Positions 15,137 through 23,468 of a DNA stretch of 24,268 nt are shown piece by piece. The translations under genes and the position numbers were made by a program. Position 1 is the stretch's first letter. Each line of letters starts with the position of its first letter. Source of the stretch: Candidatus Aminicenantales bacterium (GTDB lineage Bacteria > Acidobacteriota > Aminicenantia > Aminicenantales > Saccharicenantaceae); assembly GCA_049512315.1 (NCBI GenBank), contig JBEKXF010000013.1, positions 62,001 to 86,268 of the forward strand, read 5' to 3'. The notes under the pieces were generated by a model. It saw nothing but the letters and a program-made list of their open reading frames with translations. It did no database searches and was not told the origin of the DNA.

Positions 15137-16945
15137 ATGGGCTTACAAACATTGGATTGGATCACCCTGAGCCTGTATTTTGCCCTGATCATGGGCGTCG
15201 CCTGGTGGGTTATCCGCAAGCGAAAAGATACCGCGGCCGACTATTTCCTGGCCGGCCGGAACCTCGGCTGGTGGATCATCGGGGCCTCGATCTTCGCTTC
15301 GAATATCGGCTCCGAACACATCGTGGGACTGGCCGGGACCGGCGCCACGGACGGGGTCGCGTTCGCCCACTACGAACTGCACGCCTGGTGTCTGCTCGTG
15401 CTGGCCTGGGTCTTCGTGCCTTTCTATGCCCGATCGCTCGTCTTCACCATGCCGGAGTTTCTGGAACGGCGTTTTTCCAGTCATTCGCGATACGTCCTGT
15501 CCATCGTGTCGATGATCACGTTCGTCGTGTCCAAGATCGCCGTCGGGATATTCGCCGGCGGCGTGGTGTTCGCGACGCTGCTGCCGGAACTTCACCTCCG
15601 CCTGGGCAGTCTTCAAGTGAACAGCTTCTGGATGGGCTCGGTGCTGGTGATCGTCTTGACGGGTCTCTATACCATGCTGGGCGGCATGCGCGCGGTCGTT
15701 TACAACGATGCCGTCCAGGTCGTCGTCCTGATCTTGGGTTCGGTGACATTGACGGTCTACGGTCTTGTGAAGTTGGGCGGCTGGAACGAGCTGCGCGCGA
15801 TCTGCGGTTCGGACATGTTCAACCTCTGGAAGCCGCTGATCCCACACGGCGTCATTGGGACTTGGGCGCCGGTCATCACCAAGAACGCCGTCGGCCAGGT
15901 GGTGAAGCAGGCCTGGTATTTCAATGGTTACTACCCGTGGTTGGGGATGCTCTTCTGCGCGCCCATCATCGGGTTGTGGTACTGGTGCACCGATCAGTAT
16001 ATTGTCCAGCGGGCCTTGGGCGCCCCCAATGAGCGGACCGCCCGCCGCGGCAGCATCTTTGCCGGGATTCTAAAGCTCCTGCCTGTGTACCTGTTCATCG
16101 TCCCGGGGTTGATCGCCTTTGCCCTGGCCAAGAGCGGCAAGGTCCCGGGACTGGAGGTCATGGTGACGCCGGATGGCCATCCTATCCCGCACGTGGCCCA
16201 GGCCGCGTTTCCGTTGATGGTCAAGTACATGCTGCCGGCCGGGCTGCGGGGGCTCGTGGTGGCCGGGTTGCTTTCCGCCCTGATGGGTTCGCTGGCCGGA
16301 GTTTTCAACGCCTGTTCCACATTGTTCACCGTCGATCTCTATGCCAAGTGGAAACCCCATGCTTCGCAGCACCAGATCGTGCGCACGGGCCGCATCGCCA
16401 CCGGCGTCATGGTGTTCATCGCCCTGATGTGGATTCCGGTCATCCAGGGAGCCCGCGGTCTGTACAATTACCTGCAGACGGTGCAGGGCTACCTGGCGCC
16501 GCCGATCTTCGTTGTGTTCTTCTTTGGAGTTTTTTGGAAGCGCCTAAATGCCAAAGGCTGCTTCTGGGCTTTGATCGTAGGTTTTGCCCTCGGCTTATCC
16601 CGGATGCTGGTGGACACCCCAGTCGCGCTGGGCTTGTTCGGATATGCCGACGCGGCCAAGACGATCGCCAAGGGATATGCCGAAGGATCATTCCTCTGGA
16701 TCATCAACAATATCTACTTTCAGTATTTTAGCGTGTTCATCACCATTGTCTCGATCGTCGTGATGATCACGGTCAGCTACGCCACGAGTGCGCCTGATTA
16801 CGAAAAGATCAAGAGCCTGTCTTTCGGCACCGCAACAGAGGAAGATCGCCGGCGCACCCGGGCAAGCTGGGATTGGCACGACCTGGCGGCCTCCGCCATT
16901 ATCCTGGCCTTCATTCTCGCGGCGTACTTGTACTTTACAGGATGA
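15137..16945 (+). CDS. Sodium:solute symporter (SSS/SLC5, sugar or polyol type)
   Basis: DYFLAGRNLGWWIIGASIFASNIGSEHIVGLAG, TMPEFLERRF, YTMLGGMRAVVYND, WYWCTDQYIVQRAL, GLLSALMGSL; SD GAGAGGA. Confidence 0.96.
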   Translation: MGLQTLDWITLSLYFALIMGVAWWVIRKRKDTAADYFLAGRNLGWWIIGASIFASNIGSEHIVGLAGTGATDGVAFAHYELHAWCLLVLAWVFVPFYARSLVFTMPEFLERRFSSHSRYVLSIVSMITFVVSKIAVGIFAGGVVFATLLPELHLRLGSLQVNSFWMGSVLVIVLTGLYTMLGGMRAVVYNDAVQVVVLILGSVTLTVYGLVKLGGWNELRAICGSDMFNLWKPLIPHGVIGTWAPVITKNAVGQVVKQAWYFNGYYPWLGMLFCAPIIGLWYWCTDQYIVQRALGAPNERTARRGSIFAGILKLLPVYLFIVPGLIAFALAKSGKVPGLEVMVTPDGHPIPHVAQAAFPLMVKYMLPAGLRGLVVAGLLSALMGSLAGVFNACSTLFTVDLYAKWKPHASQHQIVRTGRIATGVMVFIALMWIPVIQGARGLYNYLQTVQGYLAPPIFVVFFFGVFWKRLNAKGCFWALIVGFALGLSRMLVDTPVALGLFGYADAAKTIAKGYAEGSFLWIINNIYFQYFSVFITIVSIVVMITVSYATSAPDYEKIKSLSFGTATEEDRRRTRASWDWHDLAASAIILAFILAAYLYFTG

Positions 16946-17062
16946 GCTCTGCTGTTCTCCGCTTTATGACCGCCAAAAAAGCCAAATGACGGTCGGAAAA
17001 TGGGCCGAAAAAGAAACAAACTTGTTTGCTCTCCGACACAGCCGGCAGCCGGGGCGGGAAGA

Positions 17063-17092
17063 TTGACCTCGGCGGCGAGACCTTGATATATT
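17063..17092 (+). promoter_or_regulatory. Putative sigma70 promoter of the S9 peptidase operon
   Basis: TTGACC (17063-17068), 18 bp spacer, extended -10 TGaTATATT (17084-17092). Confidence 0.55.
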
Positions 17093-17142
17093 CAAGGGCT
17101 CATGGCCATCGATCTCGATCGCATCTCCCGGGAGGAAAGTTC

Positions 17143-20046
17143 ATGAAATATCGTTTTCGTGTCGTCCGTCCGGTCGTCCTTTTCAGCCTCTGCATCCTCG
17201 TCCTGGCGTCGGCCGCGAGCCTCGCCGTCGCCGCCAAGAAGCCTCTCTCCTGCGACGCCTACGACGGCTGGCGGTCGATCCAGGGGGCACAGCTTTCCCG
17301 GGACGGCCGGTGGCTCGTCTATGCCCTCGCCCCCCAGGACGGCGACGGCGAGCTTGTCGCCCTCGACCTGAAAGCCAACAAGGAATTCCGTGCCGCCCGG
17401 GGTAAGCAGCCGGTCACCACAGTCGACGGCAAGTTCGTCGTCTTCACGATCGCTCCGCTCAAGGCAGACGTCGACAAGGCCAAAAAGGACAAGAAGAAAC
17501 CCGAGGAGCAGCCCAAGTCCGGCCTCGGTATCATGAACCTGGCTACGGGCGAGGTCACGACCGTCGACAGGGTCAAGAACTTCAAGGTCCCGGAGGAATC
17601 GGGCGCGGCGATCGCCTACCTCATGGAGCCGCCCCTCAAGTCCCCCGACGAGAAAAAGGCTGACGAGAAGAAGGAAGAAGGCAAGAAGGCCCCCGAGGTC
17701 AAGAAAGAGGAGCCAAAGAAGGAGGAGAAGAAAAAGGAACCCGGGACAGACCTCGTCACCCGCGACCTCGGGACCGGCAAAGAAGGCAGGATCTCAGAGG
17801 TCGTCGAGTACGCCTGGCCGAAGAACGGTGCTTGGCTGGCTTATGGCATCTCCTCCAAGGCCCCGGAAAACGATGGCGCCTTCGCCCGGGAAACTGCCTC
17901 CGGAAAGACCATGACGCTCCTCAAGGGTCTTGGCAATTACAAGGGCTTCGCCTTCGACGAGGAAGGCGGCCAGCTAGCGTTCACCAGCGACCGGGACGAC
18001 TATAAGTCGGAGAAATCGGCCTCTAAGCTCTATTACTGGGCCCCGGCGGCGATCAAGCTCCCCCCCGCCGCCGGGGCCGCGTCGGAGCTCATCCCGGCCC
18101 AGGCCAGGAACTTCCCGGCTGGCACGGCCGTGAGCGAGAACGGCAAGCTCAGCTTCTCGAAAGACGGCGGGCGGCTCTTCTTCGGCATCGCCCCGGCTCC
18201 CCAGCAGGAGCCGAAGGACGCGCCGGAACCGGTCAAGGTCGATATCTGGAGTTGGAAGGACAGCTACCTTCAGCCCATGCAGAAGGCGCGGGCCGACGAC
18301 GAGAAAAAGCGCAGCCTGATGTGCGTCGTCCATTTCGGGTCCAAGGAAAGGAAATTCGTCCAGCTGGCGACGAACGACGTGCCCGAGATCACCTTGTCGG
18401 AGGACGCGAAGCTGGCCCTCGGCCGCTCCGACCTTCCCTACCGCCAGCTCGTCTCCTGGGACCGCGGCTACGAGGACAATTATCTCGTCAACCTGGCTGA
18501 CGGTTCGCGGAAAAAGGTCCTGGAGAAATCACCCTACGGCGCGTCGATCTCGCCCGGCGGGAGCTATCTCCTTTATTTCAACGACGGAGACCGCAACTAT
18601 TACGCGTACCGCGTCTCGGACGGGAAGACCTTCAACCTGACGGCCAAACTTGGCGTCAGCCTCATCGACGAAACCTGGGACACGCCGGGCGAGCCCGGCC
18701 CCTATGGGACCGGCGGCTGGACGGATGGGGACAAATCAGTCCTCATCTACGACCGTTACGATATCTGGGACGTCGCTCCCGACGGAACCAATGCCCGGAT
18801 GGTCACGAACGGCGTCGGACGCCGCGACAAGATCGCGTTCCGGTATGTCAACCTTGACTCCGACCGGAAAACGGTGCCTGTGACAGAGCCCATCATCCTG
18901 ACGGCGACCAACGACGTTACGAGGGCCTCGGGAGCTTACCGCGCGACCCTCGCTAAGACGGCCGACCCGGCCAGGATCGTCATGCTCGACAAGCTCTTCG
19001 GCGGGCTCCGCAAAGCCAAGAATATGGATGTCTACGCCTTCACCTGGCAGAGGTTCGGGGAATTCCCGGACCTCTGGGTGAGCGACGGCGACTTCGCCTC
19101 TGCGCGCAAGGTCAGCGACGCCAATCCCCAGCAGGCGGATTACAGCTGGGGGAAGGCCGAGCGCATCGAATACATCAACGGGGACGGGGTTACGCTGCCG
19201 GCCGTCCTCATCAAGCCCGACGACTTCGACCCCACCAAGAAATACCCCCTCATGGTCTACATCTATGAAACAATGGCCGAAGCTCTCCATCGCTACTATC
19301 CACCCTCGCCCGGAACCAATATCAATTTCACACGATACGTCAGCAACGGCTATGTCATCCTCATGCCCGACATCATTTACGAGGTCGGCTACCCGGGGCC
19401 GAGCGCCCTCAAGTGCGTCATCCCAGCCGTCGGGAAGGTTCTCGGGATGGGCTTCATCGACCCGAAGCGGGTCGGCATCCAGGGCCACAGCTGGGGCGGC
19501 TACGAGATCAGCTACATGATCACCCAGACCGACATGTTCGCCGCCGTGGAGGCGGGCGCGTCAGTCGTCAACATGACGAGCGCTTACGGCGGGATCCGCT
19601 GGGCGACGGGCATGTCGCGGGCCTTCCAATACGAAAAGACCCAGAGCCGGATCGGCGCTCCGCTCTGGTCGCGGGCCCTCCAGTTCATCGAAAACTCTCC
19701 CCTCTTCTGGGTCGAGCGGGTCAAGACCCCCTATCTCACGATCCACAACGACGAGGACGACGCCGTGCCCTGGTACCAGGGGATCGAGTTCTTCTCGGCT
19801 CTCCGCCACCTCGGCAAAGAGGCCTACATGTTCGACTTCAACGGCGAGAAGCATGGCCTGCGGGAGCGCGAGAACCAGAAGTACTGGAGCGTCCACCTGG
19901 ACGAGTTCTTCGACCACTACCTGCTCGGCAAGGCGCGGCCGGAGTGGATGGAGAAGGGCGTCCCCTACCTCGAGCGGGGCAAGCGCGACATCAACGCGCT
20001 CTATAAGAAGCCCGAGGAAAAGAAGGCCGGAGAGCCGAAGAAATAG
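17143..20046 (+). CDS. Secreted S9 family (prolyl oligopeptidase/acylaminoacyl peptidase-like) serine peptidase
   Basis: Start at ATG 17143 after SD GGAGG; signal peptide; beta-propeller region; KKYPLMVYIYE, GHSWGGY (Ser), HNDEDDAV (Asp), GEKHGL (His). Confidence 0.95.
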   Translation: MKYRFRVVRPVVLFSLCILVLASAASLAVAAKKPLSCDAYDGWRSIQGAQLSRDGRWLVYALAPQDGDGELVALDLKANKEFRAARGKQPVTTVDGKFVVFTIAPLKADVDKAKKDKKKPEEQPKSGLGIMNLATGEVTTVDRVKNFKVPEESGAAIAYLMEPPLKSPDEKKADEKKEEGKKAPEVKKEEPKKEEKKKEPGTDLVTRDLGTGKEGRISEVVEYAWPKNGAWLAYGISSKAPENDGAFARETASGKTMTLLKGLGNYKGFAFDEEGGQLAFTSDRDDYKSEKSASKLYYWAPAAIKLPPAAGAASELIPAQARNFPAGTAVSENGKLSFSKDGGRLFFGIAPAPQQEPKDAPEPVKVDIWSWKDSYLQPMQKARADDEKKRSLMCVVHFGSKERKFVQLATNDVPEITLSEDAKLALGRSDLPYRQLVSWDRGYEDNYLVNLADGSRKKVLEKSPYGASISPGGSYLLYFNDGDRNYYAYRVSDGKTFNLTAKLGVSLIDETWDTPGEPGPYGTGGWTDGDKSVLIYDRYDIWDVAPDGTNARMVTNGVGRRDKIAFRYVNLDSDRKTVPVTEPIILTATNDVTRASGAYRATLAKTADPARIVMLDKLFGGLRKAKNMDVYAFTWQRFGEFPDLWVSDGDFASARKVSDANPQQADYSWGKAERIEYINGDGVTLPAVLIKPDDFDPTKKYPLMVYIYETMAEALHRYYPPSPGTNINFTRYVSNGYVILMPDIIYEVGYPGPSALKCVIPAVGKVLGMGFIDPKRVGIQGHSWGGYEISYMITQTDMFAAVEAGASVVNMTSAYGGIRWATGMSRAFQYEKTQSRIGAPLWSRALQFIENSPLFWVERVKTPYLTIHNDEDDAVPWYQGIEFFSALRHLGKEAYMFDFNGEKHGLRERENQKYWSVHLDEFFDHYLLGKARPEWMEKGVPYLERGKRDINALYKKPEEKKAGEPKK

Positions 20047-20050
20047 CTCC

Positions 20051-20470
20051 ATGGCAACGAACGTGTTCTTGGATAAATCCTCCAGGCCGGACGAACGCGC
20101 CCTCGAAGAGGCCCTGGGATCCGCTTACCCGCGGTGGGCCGAAATCAGAAGCCATCTGGGGGCCGAATATGGTCAGCCGGTCGAGGAATGGAAGTTCTAC
20201 GGCCAGAAGTCGGGCTGGACGATGAAATCGTTGCTGAAAAAGCGGAACCTGTTTTTCTTTGCCCCCTGTCAGGACTGTTTCCGGATCTCCTTTGTTTTCG
20301 GCGACCGGGCCGTCGCCATGATCGAAAAGAACGGCCTGCCGGACGCGCTGATCGAAGAAGTCAAGAACGCAAAAAAATACGCCGAGGGGCGGGGCCTCCG
20401 GATCGAGGTCAAGACGAAGCATGACGTCGAGCACGTCAAGAGGCTCATCGCCATCAAGGTGGCAGGCTGA
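20051..20470 (+). CDS. DUF3788 family protein
   Basis: Start at ATG 20051, 4 nt after the peptidase stop; EEWKFYGQKSGW, KKRNLFFFAP, FRISFVFG, KKYAEGRGLRIEV, VKRLIAIK pattern. Confidence 0.8.
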   Translation: MATNVFLDKSSRPDERALEEALGSAYPRWAEIRSHLGAEYGQPVEEWKFYGQKSGWTMKSLLKKRNLFFFAPCQDCFRISFVFGDRAVAMIEKNGLPDALIEEVKNAKKYAEGRGLRIEVKTKHDVEHVKRLIAIKVAG

Positions 20471-20509
20471 CGGCTCCGGGCCGCGTCCCGGCCGGGGAAA
20501 GGAGGAGGC

Positions 20510-20923
20510 ATGAGTTTCCAACAGATGGTTCTTCTTTATCTCATCACCCTCGTGGTTTTTTTCCTGATCGACATGGTCTGGCTCGGGGTGGTCGCCAAGG
20601 GGTTTTACCGTAAGCACCTCGGTTCACTGATCAGCCCCAAGGTCGTCTGGCCGGCGGCCGTCCTTTTTTACCTCCTGTTCATCGTCGGGTTGCTCGTTTT
20701 CGTGGTCCGTCCGGCTCTCGTTCAGGGGGGACCTCTCCAGGCTCTCATCTTCGGCGCCCTGTTCGGCATCATTTCCTATGCCACCTACGACCTGACCAAC
20801 CTGGCCACCCTCAAGGACTGGCCCCTGATGGTGACGGTCGTCGACCTCGCCTGGGGGGCCTTTCTCGGCGGCCTGGTGTCTTGGTTGAGCGTCCTTGCCG
20901 CCCGGCGTCTTTTCAAGCTCTAG
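20510..20923 (+). CDS. DUF2177 family membrane protein
   Basis: SD GGAGGAGG; IDMVWLGVVAKGFY, AAVLFY, YATYDLTNLATLKDWP, VVDLAWG. Confidence 0.92.
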   Translation: MSFQQMVLLYLITLVVFFLIDMVWLGVVAKGFYRKHLGSLISPKVVWPAAVLFYLLFIVGLLVFVVRPALVQGGPLQALIFGALFGIISYATYDLTNLATLKDWPLMVTVVDLAWGAFLGGLVSWLSVLAARRLFKL

Positions 20924-20940
20924 CGCTCAAGGAGATATCC

Positions 20941-21738
20941 ATGGCCATCCCGATATTTCAGGTCGACGCTTTCACCGAAGAACCGTTCAAGGGAAATCCG
21001 GCCGGGGTTTGCCTCCTCAAGACCCCGGCCGAAGCATCGTGGATGCAGAATGTCGCCGCCGAGATGAACCTGGCGGAAACGGCTTTTCCGCTTCCCGAAG
21101 ACGACGGCTATCGACTGCGCTGGTTCACGCCCAAGGTCGAGGTCCGGCTGTGCGGCCACGCAACCCTGGCAACGGCTCACGTTCTCTGGGAGCAGGGGAT
21201 CCTCGCGCCGAACGAGGAGGCCCGGTTCCAGACCCTGAGCGGGCTGCTGACCGCCCGCCGGGACGGCGAACTCATCGAGCTCAACTTCCCGGCGCGCCCG
21301 GTCCAACCGCAGCCGCCGGATTGGGCCGAGGCCGTGGTCGGCGCCCTCGGGATCAAGCCCTTGTTCATCGGGATGAGCGCCGAGGACATCCTGATCGAGG
21401 CCGCCGATGAGGGGGCCGTCCGATCGCTCCAGCCGGACCTAGCGACCCTGAAGTCGCTCCCCGCCCGAGGGGTCATCGTGACGAGCCGGTCCTCCGACCG
21501 TCGTTTCGATTTCGTCTCGCGCTTCTTCGCCCCCGCCGTCGGGGTCGACGAGGACCCGGTGACGGGGTCGTCTCACTGCGTCCTCACCCCGTTCTGGGCC
21601 CAACGGTTGGGCAAGGTTTCAATGACCGCCTATCAGGCCTCGGCCCGGGGCGGCGTCCTCAAGCTGCGGCTCGACGGAGACCGCGTCCGGATCGCCGGCC
21701 GGGCCGTGACGGTCATCCGGGGCGAGCTCACGGCCTGA
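20941..21738 (+). CDS. PhzF family (phenazine biosynthesis-like) isomerase
   Basis: Start at ATG 20941 after AAGGAG; QVDAFTEEPFKGNPAGV, EMNLAETAF, LRWFTPKVEVRLCGHATLA, SRFFAPAVGVDEDPVTGS. Confidence 0.95.
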   Translation: MAIPIFQVDAFTEEPFKGNPAGVCLLKTPAEASWMQNVAAEMNLAETAFPLPEDDGYRLRWFTPKVEVRLCGHATLATAHVLWEQGILAPNEEARFQTLSGLLTARRDGELIELNFPARPVQPQPPDWAEAVVGALGIKPLFIGMSAEDILIEAADEGAVRSLQPDLATLKSLPARGVIVTSRSSDRRFDFVSRFFAPAVGVDEDPVTGSSHCVLTPFWAQRLGKVSMTAYQASARGGVLKLRLDGDRVRIAGRAVTVIRGELTA

Positions 21739-21770
21739 CCTGAACGAAACGAGCATAATGAGATCGTGGC

Positions 21771-21795
21771 GGCGGCGATAAAGGCCGCCCTTATC
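21771..21795 (+). terminator. Possible weak intrinsic terminator after the PhzF gene
   Basis: GGCGGC-gataaag-GCCGCC hairpin followed by CTTAT; the U-tract is poor. Confidence 0.3.
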
Positions 21796-21919
21796 CCCCG
21801 GCCCCCCGCTATTGCATTTCTCAATGCCTATTCACGACTTGTCTTGATTAATGCAAGCCTCCCCGGACACGGAACTGCGCAAACCAATTTATTATTAATC
21901 AGATACGGCAGAGATTGGT

Positions 21920-21935
21920 TGGTATATATCTTGCT
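21920..21935 (+). promoter_or_regulatory. Sigma54 (-24/-12) promoter upstream of the porin
   Basis: TGGTAT-ATATC-TTGCT has the exact GG-N10-GC spacing, lies in an AT-rich intergenic region, and a sigma54 activator gene follows downstream. Confidence 0.75.
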
Positions 21936-21960
21936 CTATCCGGCCCCTTAGGAGAAAACA

Positions 21961-21987
21961 ATGCTAGGCCTCCTATACGCAAGGTGA
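21961..21987 (+). CDS. Candidate 8-aa leader ORF (MLGLLYAR)
   Basis: SD AGGAGA at 21950-21955 lies 5 nt before ATG 21961; TGA ends 5 nt before the porin ATG. Confidence 0.4.
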   Translation: MLGLLYAR

Positions 21988-21992
21988 CAACC

Positions 21993-23297
21993 ATGAAAGT
22001 CGTTAAATTCGGTATCGCCGCAGCCGGCTATGCGCTCCTTTCAGCATTGATTAGTATATCACTGCGCGCCGACCAAAATGCACCGGCAGCGACAACGGAC
22101 AACAAGAGAATCCAGGAAGCAACACCGCCGCCCGCGACAGCGCCGACACCGGGCCTGTTGATGACGGCTTTGGGCGAGGGAGGAATAGCTGATCCTCTGA
22201 CTAAGGCCAGGATCAACATCTACGGCTATACCGAGGGTGGTTACTTCCACGACTTCTCCGCGCCTGGCAGTCGCGGCCCGACCTACATCGGATATAACAA
22301 CTTCAAAAACACGGTCATCCTTGACAAGATCAGCCTGAATGTCGAGCGCACGGCCGATCCGACCAAGAAGGCGTTTGACGTGGGCTTCCACGTGGAAGGC
22401 CTCTTTGGTGCGGATGCTGCGTTCATCCACTCGAACGGGATGATAGATACGCAGACGCGGCGCAATCAATGGGACCTTCTCCAAGCCTATGTGGATATGA
22501 CCCTCCCCGACTTGCCGGTGCGGCTCCGCGTGGGGAAATGGATTGAGCTGGCCGGCTTCGAGCAATTCAGCGCTAACATCTACGGGGCCTTCGGTGATCC
22601 GGCCAGGGCGCTTTATTCTTATAGTTACCAGTTTCTCTACGCCGAGCCGGGCACGCAGACGGGCGTTTTGGCCACCTTCGTGCTAAGCCCCCAGTGGACG
22701 TTTGACGCCGGCGTCACGCGCGGCTGGAACCAGTCGACGCGCGACGCCAACAATTCTCTGGACTTCTTGGGCCGCGTGACTTTTGCGCCCAGCGACAAGA
22801 CGTCTATCATTTTCGTGATGACGGAAGGCCCGGAGTTTCCCACGGGCGTCGGAAGGAATTTGCCTCCCGGCGACAACAGCGACTGGTGGACCGCTTTGGA
22901 CCTGGTTATGACTCACAAGGTCACTGATAAATTGAGCCTCGGCTTGGGCTTTGACTACGTCGAAGCTCCGCACATCCCGGGCTTACCGGGCGGTATCAAG
23001 CAGTGGGGCGGCGTGGTTGACTACGTCAGTTACGCGATCAATCCGCACGTTACCCTGAACAGCCGGCTGGAGTGGTATAGAGACGCCGCCAATGGCTTTT
23101 CCTCCGGTGCGCCCGCCAGCGCCAACTACTACGCGGCCAACGTGGGCGTGGCGATCAAGCCGCTCCCGGAAGACCATATTCTCTTGCACTTGCTGTTCCG
23201 ACCGGAAGTTCGTTACGATCACTCTGACCGCCCGGTCTTCGATGGCGGCCATCAAAATCAGTGGACATTCAGCGTGGACGCCCTGTTCACCTTTTAG
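21993..23297 (+). CDS. Outer-membrane beta-barrel porin (DUF1597/BBP2-like family)
   Basis: Start at ATG 21993; signal peptide; INIYGYTEGGY, VGFHVEGLFGADA, WDLLQAYV, VGKW..LAGFE, FLYAEPGTQTG, RLEWYRD, LFRPEVRYD; terminal DALFTF beta-signal. Confidence 0.85.
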   Translation: MKVVKFGIAAAGYALLSALISISLRADQNAPAATTDNKRIQEATPPPATAPTPGLLMTALGEGGIADPLTKARINIYGYTEGGYFHDFSAPGSRGPTYIGYNNFKNTVILDKISLNVERTADPTKKAFDVGFHVEGLFGADAAFIHSNGMIDTQTRRNQWDLLQAYVDMTLPDLPVRLRVGKWIELAGFEQFSANIYGAFGDPARALYSYSYQFLYAEPGTQTGVLATFVLSPQWTFDAGVTRGWNQSTRDANNSLDFLGRVTFAPSDKTSIIFVMTEGPEFPTGVGRNLPPGDNSDWWTALDLVMTHKVTDKLSLGLGFDYVEAPHIPGLPGGIKQWGGVVDYVSYAINPHVTLNSRLEWYRDAANGFSSGAPASANYYAANVGVAIKPLPEDHILLHLLFRPEVRYDHSDRPVFDGGHQNQWTFSVDALFTF

Positions 23298-23417
23298 AAT
23301 CCGCGTGGCGTCCGCCTCCTTAATTTAACGTCGTTGTTGCTATTGATGGCGTGCCTGAGTTTTTCAAAACCGCCAGGGCGCGATACATCGCCGCCCATTT
23401 CCTCGCTCGGCGGCAGG

Positions 23418-23446
23418 TTGCAATTCGCCCGATTGTCCTTTATGCT
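23418..23446 (+). promoter_or_regulatory. Putative sigma70 promoter of the response regulator
   Basis: TTGCAA (23418-23423), 17 bp spacer, TATGCT (23441-23446). Confidence 0.55.
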
Positions 23447-23468
23447 TGAGATAAGAGGCGGATCGTAA

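Noticed and set aside
17636..17745. Lys/Glu-rich low-complexity stretch in the S9 peptidase
   Set aside because: It is an ordinary charged flexible loop, not an exact tandem repeat or an insertion element.
20941..21738. Phenazine biosynthesis cluster
   Set aside because: Only a lone PhzF-like gene is present, with no phzA/B/D/E/G; stand-alone homologs are widespread.
2141..21992. Extended N-termini given by the ORF track (starts 2141, 5000, 5614, 9241, 12125, 17026, 19853, 20881, 21915)
   Set aside because: Downstream ATGs fit better with SD sites, signal peptides or promoter positions; the extensions overlap other genes or promoters.
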